From assembly GCA_009914755.4 (NCBI GenBank), contig CP068257.2, forward strand, positions 19,552,001 to 19,616,000: 64,000 bases of DNA. The letters run 5' to 3'. The translations under genes and the position numbers were made by a program. The notes beneath the pieces are model-generated. The model had not been told where the DNA came from. It did no database searches and worked only from the letters and a program-made list of their open reading frames with translations. Every line of letters begins with the position of its first letter. Within the stretch, counting starts at the first letter, position 1. Below, piece after piece: positions 33,098 to 45,500 of this stretch. This DNA is from the human T2T-CHM13v2.0 reference genome, Homo sapiens.

Positions 33098-36000
33098 CAG
33101 TCACATGACAGTGTTTTAGTCAACCATGGACTGCGTATATGATGGTAATCTCATAAGACTATAATGGAATGAAAATTTCCTATCACCTAGTGACATTGTA
33201 GACTTTATTACATCATGGTGAAAACACATTATTCATGTGTTTGTGATGATGCTGATGTAAACAAAGCTACTGTGTTGCCAGTCAATAAACGCATAGCACA
33301 TACTTTTATGAATACTGCATAGTACTTGATATTGATGATCAATGTCTTTGTTACAGGTTTAGATATTGACTACACTATAATTTTATCATTATTTTAGAGT
33401 GTACCTTTTCTACTTGTTAAAAAAAGTTAACTGTAAAACAGCCTCATGCTGGTCTTTCAGGAGGTATTTCAGATGGCAGTTACCATAGGAGATGAAAGCT
33501 CTATGCTTGTTATTGCCCCTGAAGACTTTCCAGTGGGACACGGTGTGGAGGTAAAAGACAGTGATATTGATAATTCTGATTCTGATCTTGATCCTAGGCT
33601 AATGTATGTGTTTGCGTCACAGTTTTTAACAAAAAACATAAAACAGTTAAACCAAAAGAACTTTAAAAGTAGAAAAAAGCTTATAGAATAAGGTTATGAA
33701 GAAAGAAAGCATTTATGTACAGCTGTACAATGTGTTTGGGTTTCAAGCTATTACGAAAGTCAAAAAGTTAAAAAAAAACCTTTATAAAGTAAAAAAAGTT
33801 GCAGTAAGCTAAAGCTAAATTACAATTAAAAATAAAAATATTTTTAATAAATTGTTGTAGCCTAAGTGTACAGTGTATATAAAGTCTACAGTAGTGTATA
33901 GTAATGTTCTAGACCTTCACGTGCACTCACCACTCATTCATTCAGTCACCCTCAGCAACTTCTAGTCCTGCAAGTTCTATTCATGGTAAATGTCATACAT
34001 AGGCATATTATTTTTTCTTAATTTTTGTACTGTGTTTTACTGTATCTGTTCCATGTTTAGATATTCAAATACTTATCATTGTGTTATGATTGGCTGTAGT
34101 ATTCCGTACAATAATACGCTATAAAATTTTGTAGTCTAGGGGAAATAGGCTATACCACACAGCCTAGGTTTGTAGTACACTATAGTGTCTAGGTCTGTGT
34201 AAGCAAATTCTATCATGTCACATAATGATAAAATTACCTAAGGACACATTTTCCAGAAGGTATCTCCATCATTAAGCAATTCATGACTGTATTTAGTTCA
34301 GCTCCTTCAATGAACTATTCCTCTTATTTCATCCCTTTCATGTATTATACTCGACCTCCTAAATCTATTTCAATTCCAGTAATTCTTCAAAATCATACTC
34401 CTATGTATTTCATAATTTAATGTGCCCATGAATCACTTTCTTATTATCGTAGAATGTAAATTCTGATTCAAACTGGGGTGGGGCCTTAGATTCTGCATTT
34501 TTTATAAGCTGCTGGTACACAAAGCATACTTTGCTATCCTGAGCTGATAAGATTGCCACAGGTGGCACTAAAGGCATAACTTGTTTTATTACACCATGCT
34601 AATATTGCTCTTGACAGATATTTCATATTTTACAAATTGAATTTTTGTGGCAACCATGCCTTGAGTAAGTCTGTCAGTGCTATTTTTCCAGGAGCGTGTA
34701 CTCACCTCATGTCTCTGTGTCATGTTTCAGTAATTCTTACAATATTGCAAACTTTCTCACTAATGTATCTGTTACGGTGATCTGTGATCAGTGATCTTTG
34801 AAGATAAAATTGTAATTGTTTTGGGGCACCACGAACTGCACTCATATAAGACGGTGAATCCTTCAGTAAATGTTGTGTGTTCCTACTGTTTCATTCATTG
34901 GCCAGTCCCTCATTTTTCTCCCTCTTCTCTGGTCTCCCTATTCTCCAACACATAATAATATTGAAATTTGGTCAATTACCACCCCTACAATGGCCTCTAA
35001 GTGTTCAAGTGAAGGAAAGAGTCAAACAGGTCTCTCAATTTAAAACAAAATACAGAAGTGATTCACCAAATTTCCCAGGAAGTCATGTGAAAAGACAAGA
35101 TAGGCTGAAAGCTATCCTCTCACTTCAAACAGTTAGCCAAGTTGTTAATGAAAAGGAGAGTTATTGGAGGAAACTAAAAATGTTACTCCATTTAACACTT
35201 GGGTGAAAAGAAGGAAAAACAGCTTTATTGCTAATACAGAGAAAGCTTTATTAGTCTAGCTAGAAGACCAAACCAGTGGTAATATTCCCTTAAGCCATTG
35301 CCTAATCCGGAGCAATACCCTAGTATTATTCAATTTTGCAAAGGCTGTGGGAGCTAGAGAAGAAAAAGTTTGAAACTAGCAGAGGCTGGCACATGGAATT
35401 TTTAAAAAGAAGCCATCTTCATAAAAATGTTAGGTGAATTTGGAAATAGTGATGGAGAAGCTGCAGCAAGTTATCCAGAAGATCCAGATAAGATCATTGA
35501 TGAAGATGGCTACAGTAAACAACACATTCTCAGTGTAGGTGAAATAACATTCTATTGGAAGGAGATACCATCTATGTGACTTTCATAGCTACAGAGAAGT
35601 AAATGCCGGGCTTCAAACCTTCAAAGGACAGATGTCTCTCTTGGTGTGGGGCAGGGGGTGGCTAATGCAGCTGATGACTAATTTGAAGCCAATGCTTATT
35701 TACCATTTTGAAAGTCTAATGCCCTTAAGAATTATGCTAAATCTCCTCTGCCTGTGCATGTAAGCGGACCAACAAAGCCTGGATGACAGCACATAGCTTT
35801 ATAACATGATGTACTGAATATTTTAAGCCTACAGTTGAGACCTACTACGCAAGAAAAAAGATTCTTTCAAATATTACTGATTATTAATTGACAGTGAATC
35901 TTGTCACCCAAGAGCTCTGATGCAGATGTACAAGAAGATAAATGTTGTTTTCATGCCTGCTAAAACAACATCCATTCTACAGTTCATGGATCAAGCAGTA

Positions 36001-36760
36001 ATCTCAACTTTCAAGTCTTATTATTAAAGCAATACATTTCATAAGGCTGTAGCTTTTATAGATAGTGATTCCTCTGATGGATCTGGGCAAAGTAAATTGA
36101 AAACTTTCTGGAAAGGATTTACCACTCTACATGCCATTAAGAATGTTTGTAATGCATGGGAAGAAGTCAAAATGTCGTTAGTAACAGGAGTTAGGAATAA
36201 GTTGATTCCACCCTTCATGGAGGACTTGAGAGGTTCCAAATTATCAGTCAGAATGTAACTTCAAATGTGGCGGAAATAAAAAGAGAACTATAGTAAAAGT
36301 GGAGCATGACGATGTGACATAAGACTTGCTGCAATCTTATGACAAAACTTTAACAAACAAGGATTTCCTTCCTATGGATGAGCAAAGGAAGTGGTTTCTA
36401 GATGGAGTCTACACCTGGTGAAGATGCTATGAACATTGTTGAAATGTGGCAAAGGATTCAGAATATTACTAAAACTTAGTTGATAAAGCAGCAGCAAGTT
36501 TTGAGAGGACTGACTCTCATTTTCAAAGAAGTCCTACTGTGGATAAAATGCTATCAAAAACATTGAATCCTATAGAGAATTATTTTGTGAAACAAAGAGG
36601 CAATGGGTGCACCAAACTTTATTGTTGTCTTGTTTTAAGAAATTGGCACAACCACCTCAATCTTCAGTAACCACTCTCTGATCAGTCTGCAGCCATGACG
36701 TTGATGCAAAACCCTCCACCAGTAAAAAAAAATTTACTTCTTACATACTCTGTTGATAAC
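33098..36760 (+). mobile_element. Tigger1-like (TcMar-Tigger/pogo) DNA transposon remnant, sense orientation. The 5' non-coding region plus the decayed transposase gene are present; the 3' boundary is uncertain and may extend to about 37150.
   Basis: The 5' part (...ggactgcgtatatgatggtaatctcataagactataatgg...gtgtacagtgtatataaagtctacagtagtgtatagtaatgttctagaccttcacgtgcactcaccactcattcattcagtcaccctcagcaacttctagtcctgcaagttctattcatggtaaatg...aataggctataccacacagcctaggtttgtagtacactatagtgtctaggtctgtgtaagc...aattcatgactgta) matches the characteristic Tigger1 5' region. The stretch 34620-36720 is collinear with the Tigger1 transposase gene (...gtggcaaccatgccttgagtaagtctgtcagtgctatttttcc...ggtgatctgtgatcagtgatctttga...ttttggggcaccacgaactgcactcatataagacggtgaa...cagttagccaagttgttaatgaaaaggag...gaagctgcagcaagttatccagaagatccagataagatcattgatgaagatggctac...ttcatgcctgctaaaacaacatccattctacagttcatggatcaagcagtaat...gattcctctgatggatctgggcaaagtaaattgaaaactttctggaaaggatttacc...ggtgaagatgctatgaacattgttgaaatg...ttgataaagcagcagcaagttttgagaggactgactc). 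Confidence 0.75.
34985..36360 (+). pseudogene. Decayed pogo/Tigger transposase ORF (CENP-B-like HTH plus DDE domain), split into many stop-interrupted pieces
   Basis: The supplied + strand ORF 34877-35206 translates to ...LQTVSQVVNEKE..., which matches the Tigger1 transposase N-terminal HTH (...RQTVSQVVNAKEKFLKEIKS...). Downstream frames carry recognisable fragments (AAASYPEDPDKIIDEDGY..., [36 protein letters not shown]) but multiple stops and frameshifts. Confidence 0.7.
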
Positions 36761-38659
36761 TTGTGTGGATTATTATTCTCATTTTCCTTTTATTTTATGC
36801 AACACACATATATGCATAGTCATTTAGCACTCTTAGTCCTCTTACTATTTACTAAACTGCCTTGATTAAATGTCATATTGTATTGAATCACCTTTACATA
36901 ATTTCTTACATGATTTTTCATTCTATAAATATAAAATTTAATTAGGTAATTTCTAGAATCACAAAAATATCCATGCAGTAAAAACAGGTTCAATAACATT
37001 TAGTATTTTTAAGAGATTTACTTTTATTTTTCGGATTTTTTCATTTCATATCTGTGAGAACCATTATACATGGTCAATACTCTGCTTTAAAACTCATTAC
37101 TATCTAGTTATATTTTCTATAATAAAGTATTTCTTTTCCAATGTGTCACAAAGCTCATGATTTCAGGTTATATAAAGGAAATGGTGAATAAATTGCAAGG
37201 AAAATATTACCCTTCTTTCTTTCAAGCTAAATATGCATATTTCCATTCAGTAATCGCCAACATAGAGAGTGCCAGTATTAGATTTTTGTGAGCCATGCAG
37301 TGCTCTTAAGAATTTATAAAACAGGGAAACATAAAGTTTGAGTGAGTGCACCATGCAATGTTATGTGATATATAGCAGATTTTGTCAGTACTGTGGAAGC
37401 AGCCTTGCTCTGAAAGTTCTTTTCCGACTAGAGTTTGATTGAAGCACACGACTGAAAGAGAAAACAGTTATATTAATAAAATTCAGAAGTCAATGCTTTA
37501 TCTCAAAACACTGCCAAACTGCATACAATATAAACAGAGATAAAATGACATGCCTAAGACGAATAAAACATCATCTAAAAACAGAAAATAAAGCAGAAAA
37601 AGCATTTGCTATCATCACATTTCAAACACAATTGGAGAGGCCTGAAAGATAGCCCATATGAAAGAGAAAGCAATCACGGAACACAGTGCATGGCAAGGTG
37701 GGGAGTGGGAGGCCCAGAGCTCTCTAGAACATTTATTATCATTGCGGAGCTCAGAAAGTACTTTTCTTGTGAAGCCACTGACACTCGGTTTTCAATCCAG
37801 CCATATAAATGTGTAGCAATTTGAGAGTCAGCACAGAATGTTAAAGACAAAATTTTCCCCCATGGGTGTTATCAGATACTGCAAAGTCTTTAAGACTTGA
37901 AGGTTTTTCACATTTCCACGCTTCTGTGAATAAGAAAGAAATTTCTCCAAAAAAGAAAAGCAATTTTGTTTGCTGTGAGAGTTAGCGAATGGCCCTCCAT
38001 TCTGCTTCAGATGTTACTGTATTTCCACTATGCTTAAGATGTCTTTGTTTTATCCTAAATATACAGAATGTTTAAAGATAACCCAGGTAGAATATAAACA
38101 AATACGTAGATACTATTCTTTTATCTATAGCTTGTACTTTCAAATAGCTGTCCTTCACCAATGGATTGTTTTAAATAATTGTTTGTACAAAATACTTGTA
38201 ATCATTGCAAAAGCACATATAAATATATGTTAAATATGTTTTTAGAGGTAATATAAAAATTTGCCTCTAAATTTCACACAACAGTCCTCATTTTATATAC
38301 ATTCATTAAATCCCAAATAAAATTAATATAAAGAGAATATTATCTATACAGTGGCAATATTTGGTAAAGTTTCATTTGTAATATATGATTAGCAGACAAA
38401 GACTGAACCTGAACAGATGCCCTTATATTGGGAAGCCTATTGTAAAATTAATAGATTTTAATGTTATATGTAGAACCATTGTCCATAGCATTCCTCTTAG
38501 CAATTGTAAAACCATTAAAACCAATGATGAAATAGAAAAGTTAGTTGCATATTACCTTAAAAATTATCAACTATAAAAGAAAAGTAAGAGCTCTGCTTCA
38601 TTATATATTAGAATGGCATGTATGAAATGTTGGCTCCTTTCCAAATCATACAAAACAAT

Positions 38660-39135
38660 TTACAGTTTTTGCAGAGGACTTAGAAGTACCTAACATAAAA
38701 GACATGGAATCAACCCAAGTGCCCATCAACAATAGGCTGAAGAAAACATGGTACATATACACCATGGAATACTATGCAGCCATGGAAAGGAATAGATCAT
38801 GTTCTTTGCAGGGACATGGATGAAGCTGGAAACCATCATCCTCAGCAAACTAACACAGGAACTGAGAACCAAACACCACATGTTCTCACTTAAAGTGGGA
38901 GCTGAACAATGAGAACACGTTGACACAGGGCGGGGAACAACACACACTGGGGCTTGTCAGGGGGTCGGGAGGGAGAGCATTAGGAAAGATAGCTAATACA
39001 TACTGGACTTAATACTTAGGTAATGGGTTGATAGGTGCAGCAAACCACCATGGCACATGTTTATCCATGTAACAAACCTGCACATCCTGCACATGTACCC
39101 CAGATCTAAAAAAAATACAAAAAATAACAAGTACC
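38660..39135 (+). mobile_element. L1PA/L1PB-type LINE-1 3'-end fragment (ORF2 C-terminus plus 3' UTR), sense orientation
   Basis: gacatggaatcaacccaagtgcccatcaacaataggctgaagaaaacatggtacatatacaccatggaatactatgcagccatggaaaggaatagatcatgttctttgcagggacatggatgaagctggaaaccatcatcctcagcaaactaacacaggaactgagaaccaaacaccacatgttctcacttaaagtgggagctgaacaatgagaacac...gggttgataggtgcagcaaaccaccatggcacatgtttatccatgtaacaaacctgcacatcctgcacatgtaccccagatctaaaaaaaa. This closely follows the human L1PA 3' end. Confidence 0.85.
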
Positions 39136-39534
39136 CAACATATATTGTTTCTTTTGAAGGTGATGAAATTTACATATACGGCAGTTTATAGAATTTCTCA
39201 AAGCTCACATCATGAATTAATGTCATAGTTGTATCTCAGTGTGTTAATTAAATGATGCTAAATAACTTATTACAGGGGTCAGAATATGTATGCATATTTT
39301 ATCACTAGTACTAGATATAAACCTGTTTATTTTATTTAAATTTTAGTTTTATATTCTATTTAATATCTTAATATTTACTCATAAATTTCACCTAAAATTA
39401 AAGTTGTAAATTATGCAGCAAATTAAAATTAAATTGAATTTCCAGAAATCACAGCATGTAATAATATTCCAAAGTTGATTTGGAGTGTGGCCAACACACC
39501 AAAGAATTAATGAACATACTTATCTATTGTCATA

Positions 39535-40035
39535 CATAGTAATATCTAAATTATTCTACCAAAAAGAAACCTGCATTTATATGTTTATCATAGCACTACT
39601 CACAACAGCAAAGACATGGGATCAACCTCGGTGGCTATCGATAGTGGTGGTACATACACACCATAGAATACTAGGCCACCATAAAAAGAATGAAATCATG
39701 TCCTTTGTGGCAACATGGATGCAGCTGGAGGCCATTTTCGTAAGCAAATTAACGCAGAAACAGAAAACCAAATGCTGCATGTTCTCACTTATAAGTAAGA
39801 TATAAACAATGAGCACACACAGACACAAAGATGGGAACAATAGACACGGGATTTCAAAAGCGGGGAGAGAAGAAGGGAGGCAAAGGATGAAAAACTACCT
39901 ATTGGGTGCTACGTGCACTACTGGGACGACAGGATTATTAGAAGCACAAACCTCAGCATCCTACAAAATACCCATATAACAAACCTGCACATATACCCCC
40001 AAATTTAAAATTAAAATAAATAAAAAATAAAATAC
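39535..40035 (+). mobile_element. Second, more diverged L1P-type LINE-1 3'-end fragment, sense orientation
   Basis: ...catagcactactcacaacagcaaagacatgggatcaacctcggtgg...catagaatactaggccaccataaaaagaatgaaatcatgtcctttgtggcaacatggatgcagctggaggccattttcgtaagcaaattaacgcagaaacagaaaaccaaatgctgcatgttctcacttataagtaag...aacaaacctgcacatatacccccaaatttaaaattaaaataaataaaaaataaaat. Confidence 0.8.
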
Positions 40036-40479
40036 TTTAGTTTTGGATTTCAGAATAGGCAACATAAAGGGAAACAGAAACAAATGTATGTGAGTTAGGT
40101 TGATATTCATTACCTCAGATTTAATTTTGAGTAAACACAACTAAGAATAACACTTAGAAATCCCTGATACAATTTTCTTTGAAAATACTGAAGAAGAAGA
40201 TAGTATTTGAATTTTAACACAGGCAGTTTTGTTGGACTACATGCCACAATGTCTATTATGTTTGTTTCAGAACTAAAAATATATAAAGTACTACCAAACC
40301 TTAAAAGTAGCAAGAAAGCCAACTGCCCTGATGAGATCATAGTCGACTTGCCTTGAACTGTCTGAAGATGTCTGTATCTGTGATTGTTATTCACAAAGGA
40401 CAGCCTGCTTACAATCAAAGGCTGTATTAGTAATGAAGAGTAATAAACAGTAGAGCTTTTGGAATTCTGTGCAAGTATA

Positions 40480-42540
40480 GTTGAATCACTTTAGAAACAG
40501 AGCTCTTATAATTCACACACTGTCCATCTTCACCTAGGAACAACACAAGGGTACTTTAACATTAGAAAGCATATTAATACATTTGACCACCTTCATAGAT
40601 CAAAGGAGGAAAAATATACATATGATTATCGAAGTTGATGGAAGAAGAGAAAGAATTTAAAACTCATTTATAATAAGAACTATTAGCAAGTTGGTAATAA
40701 TATATAATCTTACTCTGATAAAGTCTATGAACAACCTATGGCAAATATAATTAATGGAGAAAGTTAGTTTACATTATGTTTAAAGTAAGGCATAAGACAA
40801 TGTTACTGCAAACAAATATTCTGTTGAACATAGAATTAAAGATACTAGTAAGTGCTATAGTGAAAAAATAATAAGTAAAGAATTTAAAAGGACTGGAAAA
40901 GAAAAATAATACTATTATTGCAGATTATATAATTGATGACAGTAAATCAAGAGGATCTACAGGCAAACTATTAAGGTCCATTAAAATGTTCACCTAGATC
41001 ACTGAATCCACATTTCATACAAAGAAAAGGTAGTTACTATAAAAACATAAAAGAAGATTATTTAAGTTCAAATAAAAAGATACTTTTTAGAGTTGTAAAT
41101 ATAAGTCATGTAAAAGTAAGGTTAAAAATACAGAAAACGTAGTCAAAACCCCAAGGATCTAAATAATAACAAGATATGTTTATTGTTAGAAAGATCAAAC
41201 ATAATGATGAATAATTTAATAAAATAATATGCAAATCCAAGTCAGTTCCAAACAGCATTTCATAGTTTTTCATAGAACATGAGCTTCCGAATAGAAAATG
41301 AAATTGGAAATGTAAATGTTGATGAATAGCAAAGATTATTTTGGAGAATAAAACGAGGTGGTTTATTTCTCTAGCAGATATGTCTAAATAAAAGCTGTAT
41401 TAATTTCTTGTTAGCATTTTAAATTGTGGAGAAATCATTCAATTAATAATTGATAGAAAATTGGCTATCTGAATGGAAAAAATTTGAGTTATATCCCTGT
41501 CTCAGCCTACAAGTTAGAAAAGAAGTCTTTCCAAATAAGTTAAAGAGCTTTTGTGAGTAGCACAATTTTAAAACTTAGAGAAATATAAGTGATCTTTTAT
41601 GATTGTTAAGTAAGGGAAACAAGATAAATAATACAACTAATGACTTTTAATGAATTTGATTTCATAAAATTTAAAAATTCCTGTGAGATGAGAAAAATGA
41701 TAAAAGCTCAGACTGAAGGTCAATCACAGGTAGGGAGTGGAACATACAACCCATGCCACTGATAAAGGGTTAGAAAGATATGCATCAATAACAAAAGAAC
41801 AGGAACCTAATGGAGAATTGCTAAAGAAAGTCAACAGAGAATTTATAGAAAATGAAAACTAAATGGCCAATTATGGTCTCACTAGTAATCAGACAAATGG
41901 TTATTTTAACAAAGACATTGGTAAAAAGATATAAGTCTAATAGCATCAAATGCTAGAGGGGCTGTCAGATTAATACATGATTAATGGAAATAGAAAGTCA
42001 TACAATTTATTAAATTTAGGAAATTAAAGTTTTACAATCATGATACATTAGCAATTTTCTGCCTGATATCTAGTCTGCAGAAACTCTTGAATATATAATT
42101 TGTGTTGTTTGTTATTGCAGTGACTGTAATAACAGAAAAGTAAAATCAACAAAAGTATGTTTCTGTTAGAGAATAGATAAACTACAATTTATTCTCACAA
42201 TGAAATATTATATACTGGTGAAGAGGAATGAAGTACCTCTTCATGAATCATGATGAAAAAAATCTGAAAACACTGAGAGAAGTATTCAAATATTAAATAT
42301 TTCAAAATTATATGTTAAAAAGGATACAGTTCATGTAAAACTTTAAAACACAGAAATGATATGTTTTGTGTGTTTAGATTGCATATATGTAGACTAAAGA
42401 TAAAACTCTTCATAGGAACCATCAATATTACTTTGGAGATAGTATTTACACCTGGGAGGCAAGAAAGGAGAAGGGATGGCAGTTGGATATTAGTCATATC
42501 TGCTGCAACTTTTAACACTTTGTTTATTAAATAAAAATCC
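40480..42540 (+). mobile_element. Ancient L1M-type LINE-1 ORF2-derived fragment, sense orientation; boundaries approximate
   Basis: AT-rich, lysine/asparagine-codon-rich sequence with recognisable ORF2 3' collinearity: ...gaaaactaaatggccaattatggtctcactagtaatcagacaaatgg...aaagacattggtaaaaag...aatgctagaggggctgtcagattaatacatgattaatggaaatagaaagtcatacaattt... versus the L1 consensus ...aaatggccaacaagcacatgaaaagatgctcaacatcactagtcattagggaaatgcaaatcaaaac...aaaaagacagacaataacaagtgttggcgaggatgtggagaaattggaaccctcatacattgctggtgggaatgtaaaatggtgcagccac. Heavily diverged. Confidence 0.55.
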
Positions 42541-45500
42541 AGACAAAGTATGGCAAAACATTGTATCTTAATACTGGGTCATAATTGTTGTTACATTTTT
42601 ATTTTGTATTTTTCTTTATGTTTGCATTTAATTATTGTTTTTAAACATAAAACAAGTAATTTCTAAATTATATCTAGAGTTATTTTGTATAAACATATGA
42701 TTTAAGTTACTCTTTTCTGTATTTCAAAATGTATGTGTGTATGTTCTTGTGAAATGGCTTTAGATTAATAATAATGGTGGACATTTTCTTCTTCCATTAT
42801 TTTCTCTACCCTATGCTGCCCACAAAACACATTGAACTTGCTTGGAGATGTTAATGTGGTATTTGAGGGGATTTTAATTTATCAAAATAATTTAAAAGTA
42901 ATAAAATATACCTAAATGCATTATCAAATGCCTGTCACTTTAATATCTTAATAACCTATGTTTGATTTGCTGCATTGCTTGCAATAGAGACTAGTAAATA
43001 CGAAGTTATAGACACATTTCTCATTTCATAGTGTTGACTTTGTTCATGTCAAAATTATATTCGAAATACATGGAAAACAAAATATGATAGTGTCTTTAAT
43101 AAGATGTCACTTTAACAACTTATATCTTAGGCATTATAGTATTAATAAATACTTTCTATTGCTTTCTTTGTGTTGTGGACATTTGCAGATACTTTGCATA
43201 CATACATTTATTTAATCTTCATACACCCAATGGCTCAGCTCTTATAGATGAGACACATAGAGTCAAGAATGTCAAGTAAGTTGCCCAAGGTTGCATAGCC
43301 GGGAAGTGGTACATATGGCAATTGCATTGTAATAGTTGTCTTCCAGATTAAGTGCTTATTTCATTATCTCATTATCTCATTCTGCCTATGAATCCCTTTT
43401 GTTCATACCATATTGTATGTGAATCTAGTCCCTAACTAGTTCAATAAGTACTTAGTGAATCCATTCTTGTATCAGTTATTGTTCCTGGACTGGTAGTATG
43501 GAAGCGATAAGGATTTTTCATGAACCAAAAATATATTAGCCATCTCAGACGTATTTACAAGCCAAGGTTTTTAAGCTTCTCTGAACTGTAAATTGGTCAG
43601 TGTTTTGGAGATTACATTAAGTCTTGTATAAAATCAATAAAAATATCATATAACATTATTAAAATATATGCACAAGAACTGTTCTAACAGATTTATATTT
43701 ATTTGAGAGAAACACACAAGTAAGAGGTAGTTATTATTATTCTCATTTTAACAATGAGTAATCTTAGGCATATAAATTTTATGGACTTTGTCTAAATTCT
43801 CATATTCATGACATGCCTGATTTGGATGATTACTCTCTGTCAGTAGTCCTGAAATGCCATTTGTTTGCAAAAAGAAAAAAAATACAGAAAATATTTAATT
43901 TTTATTTATTTTTAATTACTCTATAATGTATTAAAAATGGAAAGAAGCAATCATTTTTCTATATTCATCTCATCCATATTCTTCTTTTAAGTTTTTTAAA
44001 AATCATTGTCTCACTTTTTTTTGAGATTATGATGATAAAAGGTGATTTCGGATTTGTTTGATTTTAATGTCCTGTATAAAAAGATAAAAATTGGCCACGC
44101 TGTCTATTCCCAAAATATTTATTTTGTTTCCATTATGTGATTTTACTGGACCATGTATTCCAAGCCTGAGGCCCAAAGATACTAAAGCACTCTTTTTCGA
44201 TCACCATATGCTTTCATCCTATAAGTAGAAATATTATTCTGTGATGTTTCTTCTTTCCTCTCTATCCTCTCTCTTTCCCACTCTCATCTCATCACGATGA
44301 AAAATATCAAGTCTGTCTCATTCATATTTGTAAATTGTTTTGCTGTCAGTAGGGTGCTTAGCCATAATCTGTTTTTAAGCATTGTGTCAAAATTGAATCA
44401 TGTTGCCCTCCAAAATGTTCTCAGGTGATGTTAGGACCAGAAAATGGGAAAACCACACTTTCATGAGTATTCCGTTTAAGGGCTTATAATTTAATCACAA
44501 AAATATTGCATAAAATATACTTAGGTCTTGGTTCATTAACAACACTTCTGGTAATACCTATGGAGTTCAGAACCATGGACAGAGTATGCTCTCCTACCTT
44601 CTCCCTGTAGTTGTAGGTGACTGGAATATTTTATTATAGAAAGAGATAATGAGAGATATGTAGACACAATTTGGGAAATTATAACGTATTTCCGAGGACA
44701 TTACTCCAGTGTGTGCTGGATGTGAAATTTTGAAAATTTAAAAATTTGCAAAATTAACAAGCAATTTCTGGCAAGATGAGTGATTGAGAATTAATTATTG
44801 CTAAAACCCTAGAAGTGATATATTGATTTTCAGTAAGAAAATTTGAAAGTACAATGCCAAAAGTACCTAGTTGCCTAACTCTTGAAGCTATAGAGCTGAT
44901 TTAGTAGATGAGGGAGCAGTAAATTTAGCAGAATTTTTCATAAAAGAGAGATGTGCTTGGAACATCCAAAATATTACCTAATAAATTGAACTTCTCTGGG
45001 ATTTATATGGCAGTTATCCCTTTTATAATTTAATGAGCAAAGTTCTGACAAAAACTTACAGGAATATATGTATCATTATCATGTACTTCCTGGGAAAACA
45101 GTATAAGACTTTCACTTTTGGAAAAAGAAACAGAATATAAAATTAAATTTAACTGCCAAAAGACTTGGCTTATTATAAGTATAATTTTATACTATAGAAT
45201 TAATGCATATTATTATGGACAATTGCTAATGACTCTATGTATTAAACTATGTTTCAAGGACAGTTTTAGTAGTTTAATAATTGTTAGAAATTTTTAAGGG
45301 GCAAAATATAGGAGAGTTTATTTAATATATCTTGGTTCTAAAACCTTGTAAAAATTTCCATCGGAGTAAATATTATACAGAATAATTTGATTTGAGGGGA
45401 ACTCATAATGAGATATTATTTATGGATATTATGTAGGTCATACTGTTTCCAACCAAACACATGTTACCTTAATGTGTCATTTTCTCATCTATTGAGGTCT

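Noticed and set aside
34877-35206. 109-aa + strand ORF that looks protein-like
   Set aside because: It is real protein-derived sequence, but it is the N-terminal HTH of a dead Tigger1 transposase. It has stops on both sides and the rest of the gene is frameshifted. It is reported as a transposon pseudogene and not as a CDS.
36760-38660. AT-rich stretch between the Tigger remnant and the L1 nest, searched for recognisable elements (snRNA/tRNA pseudogenes, processed pseudogenes)
   Set aside because: No match to any RNA-gene or repeat consensus I can recall (U6, 7SK, 5S, tRNA A/B boxes), and no intron-less GC-rich coding block. It is probably very old decayed repeat or unique intergenic sequence.
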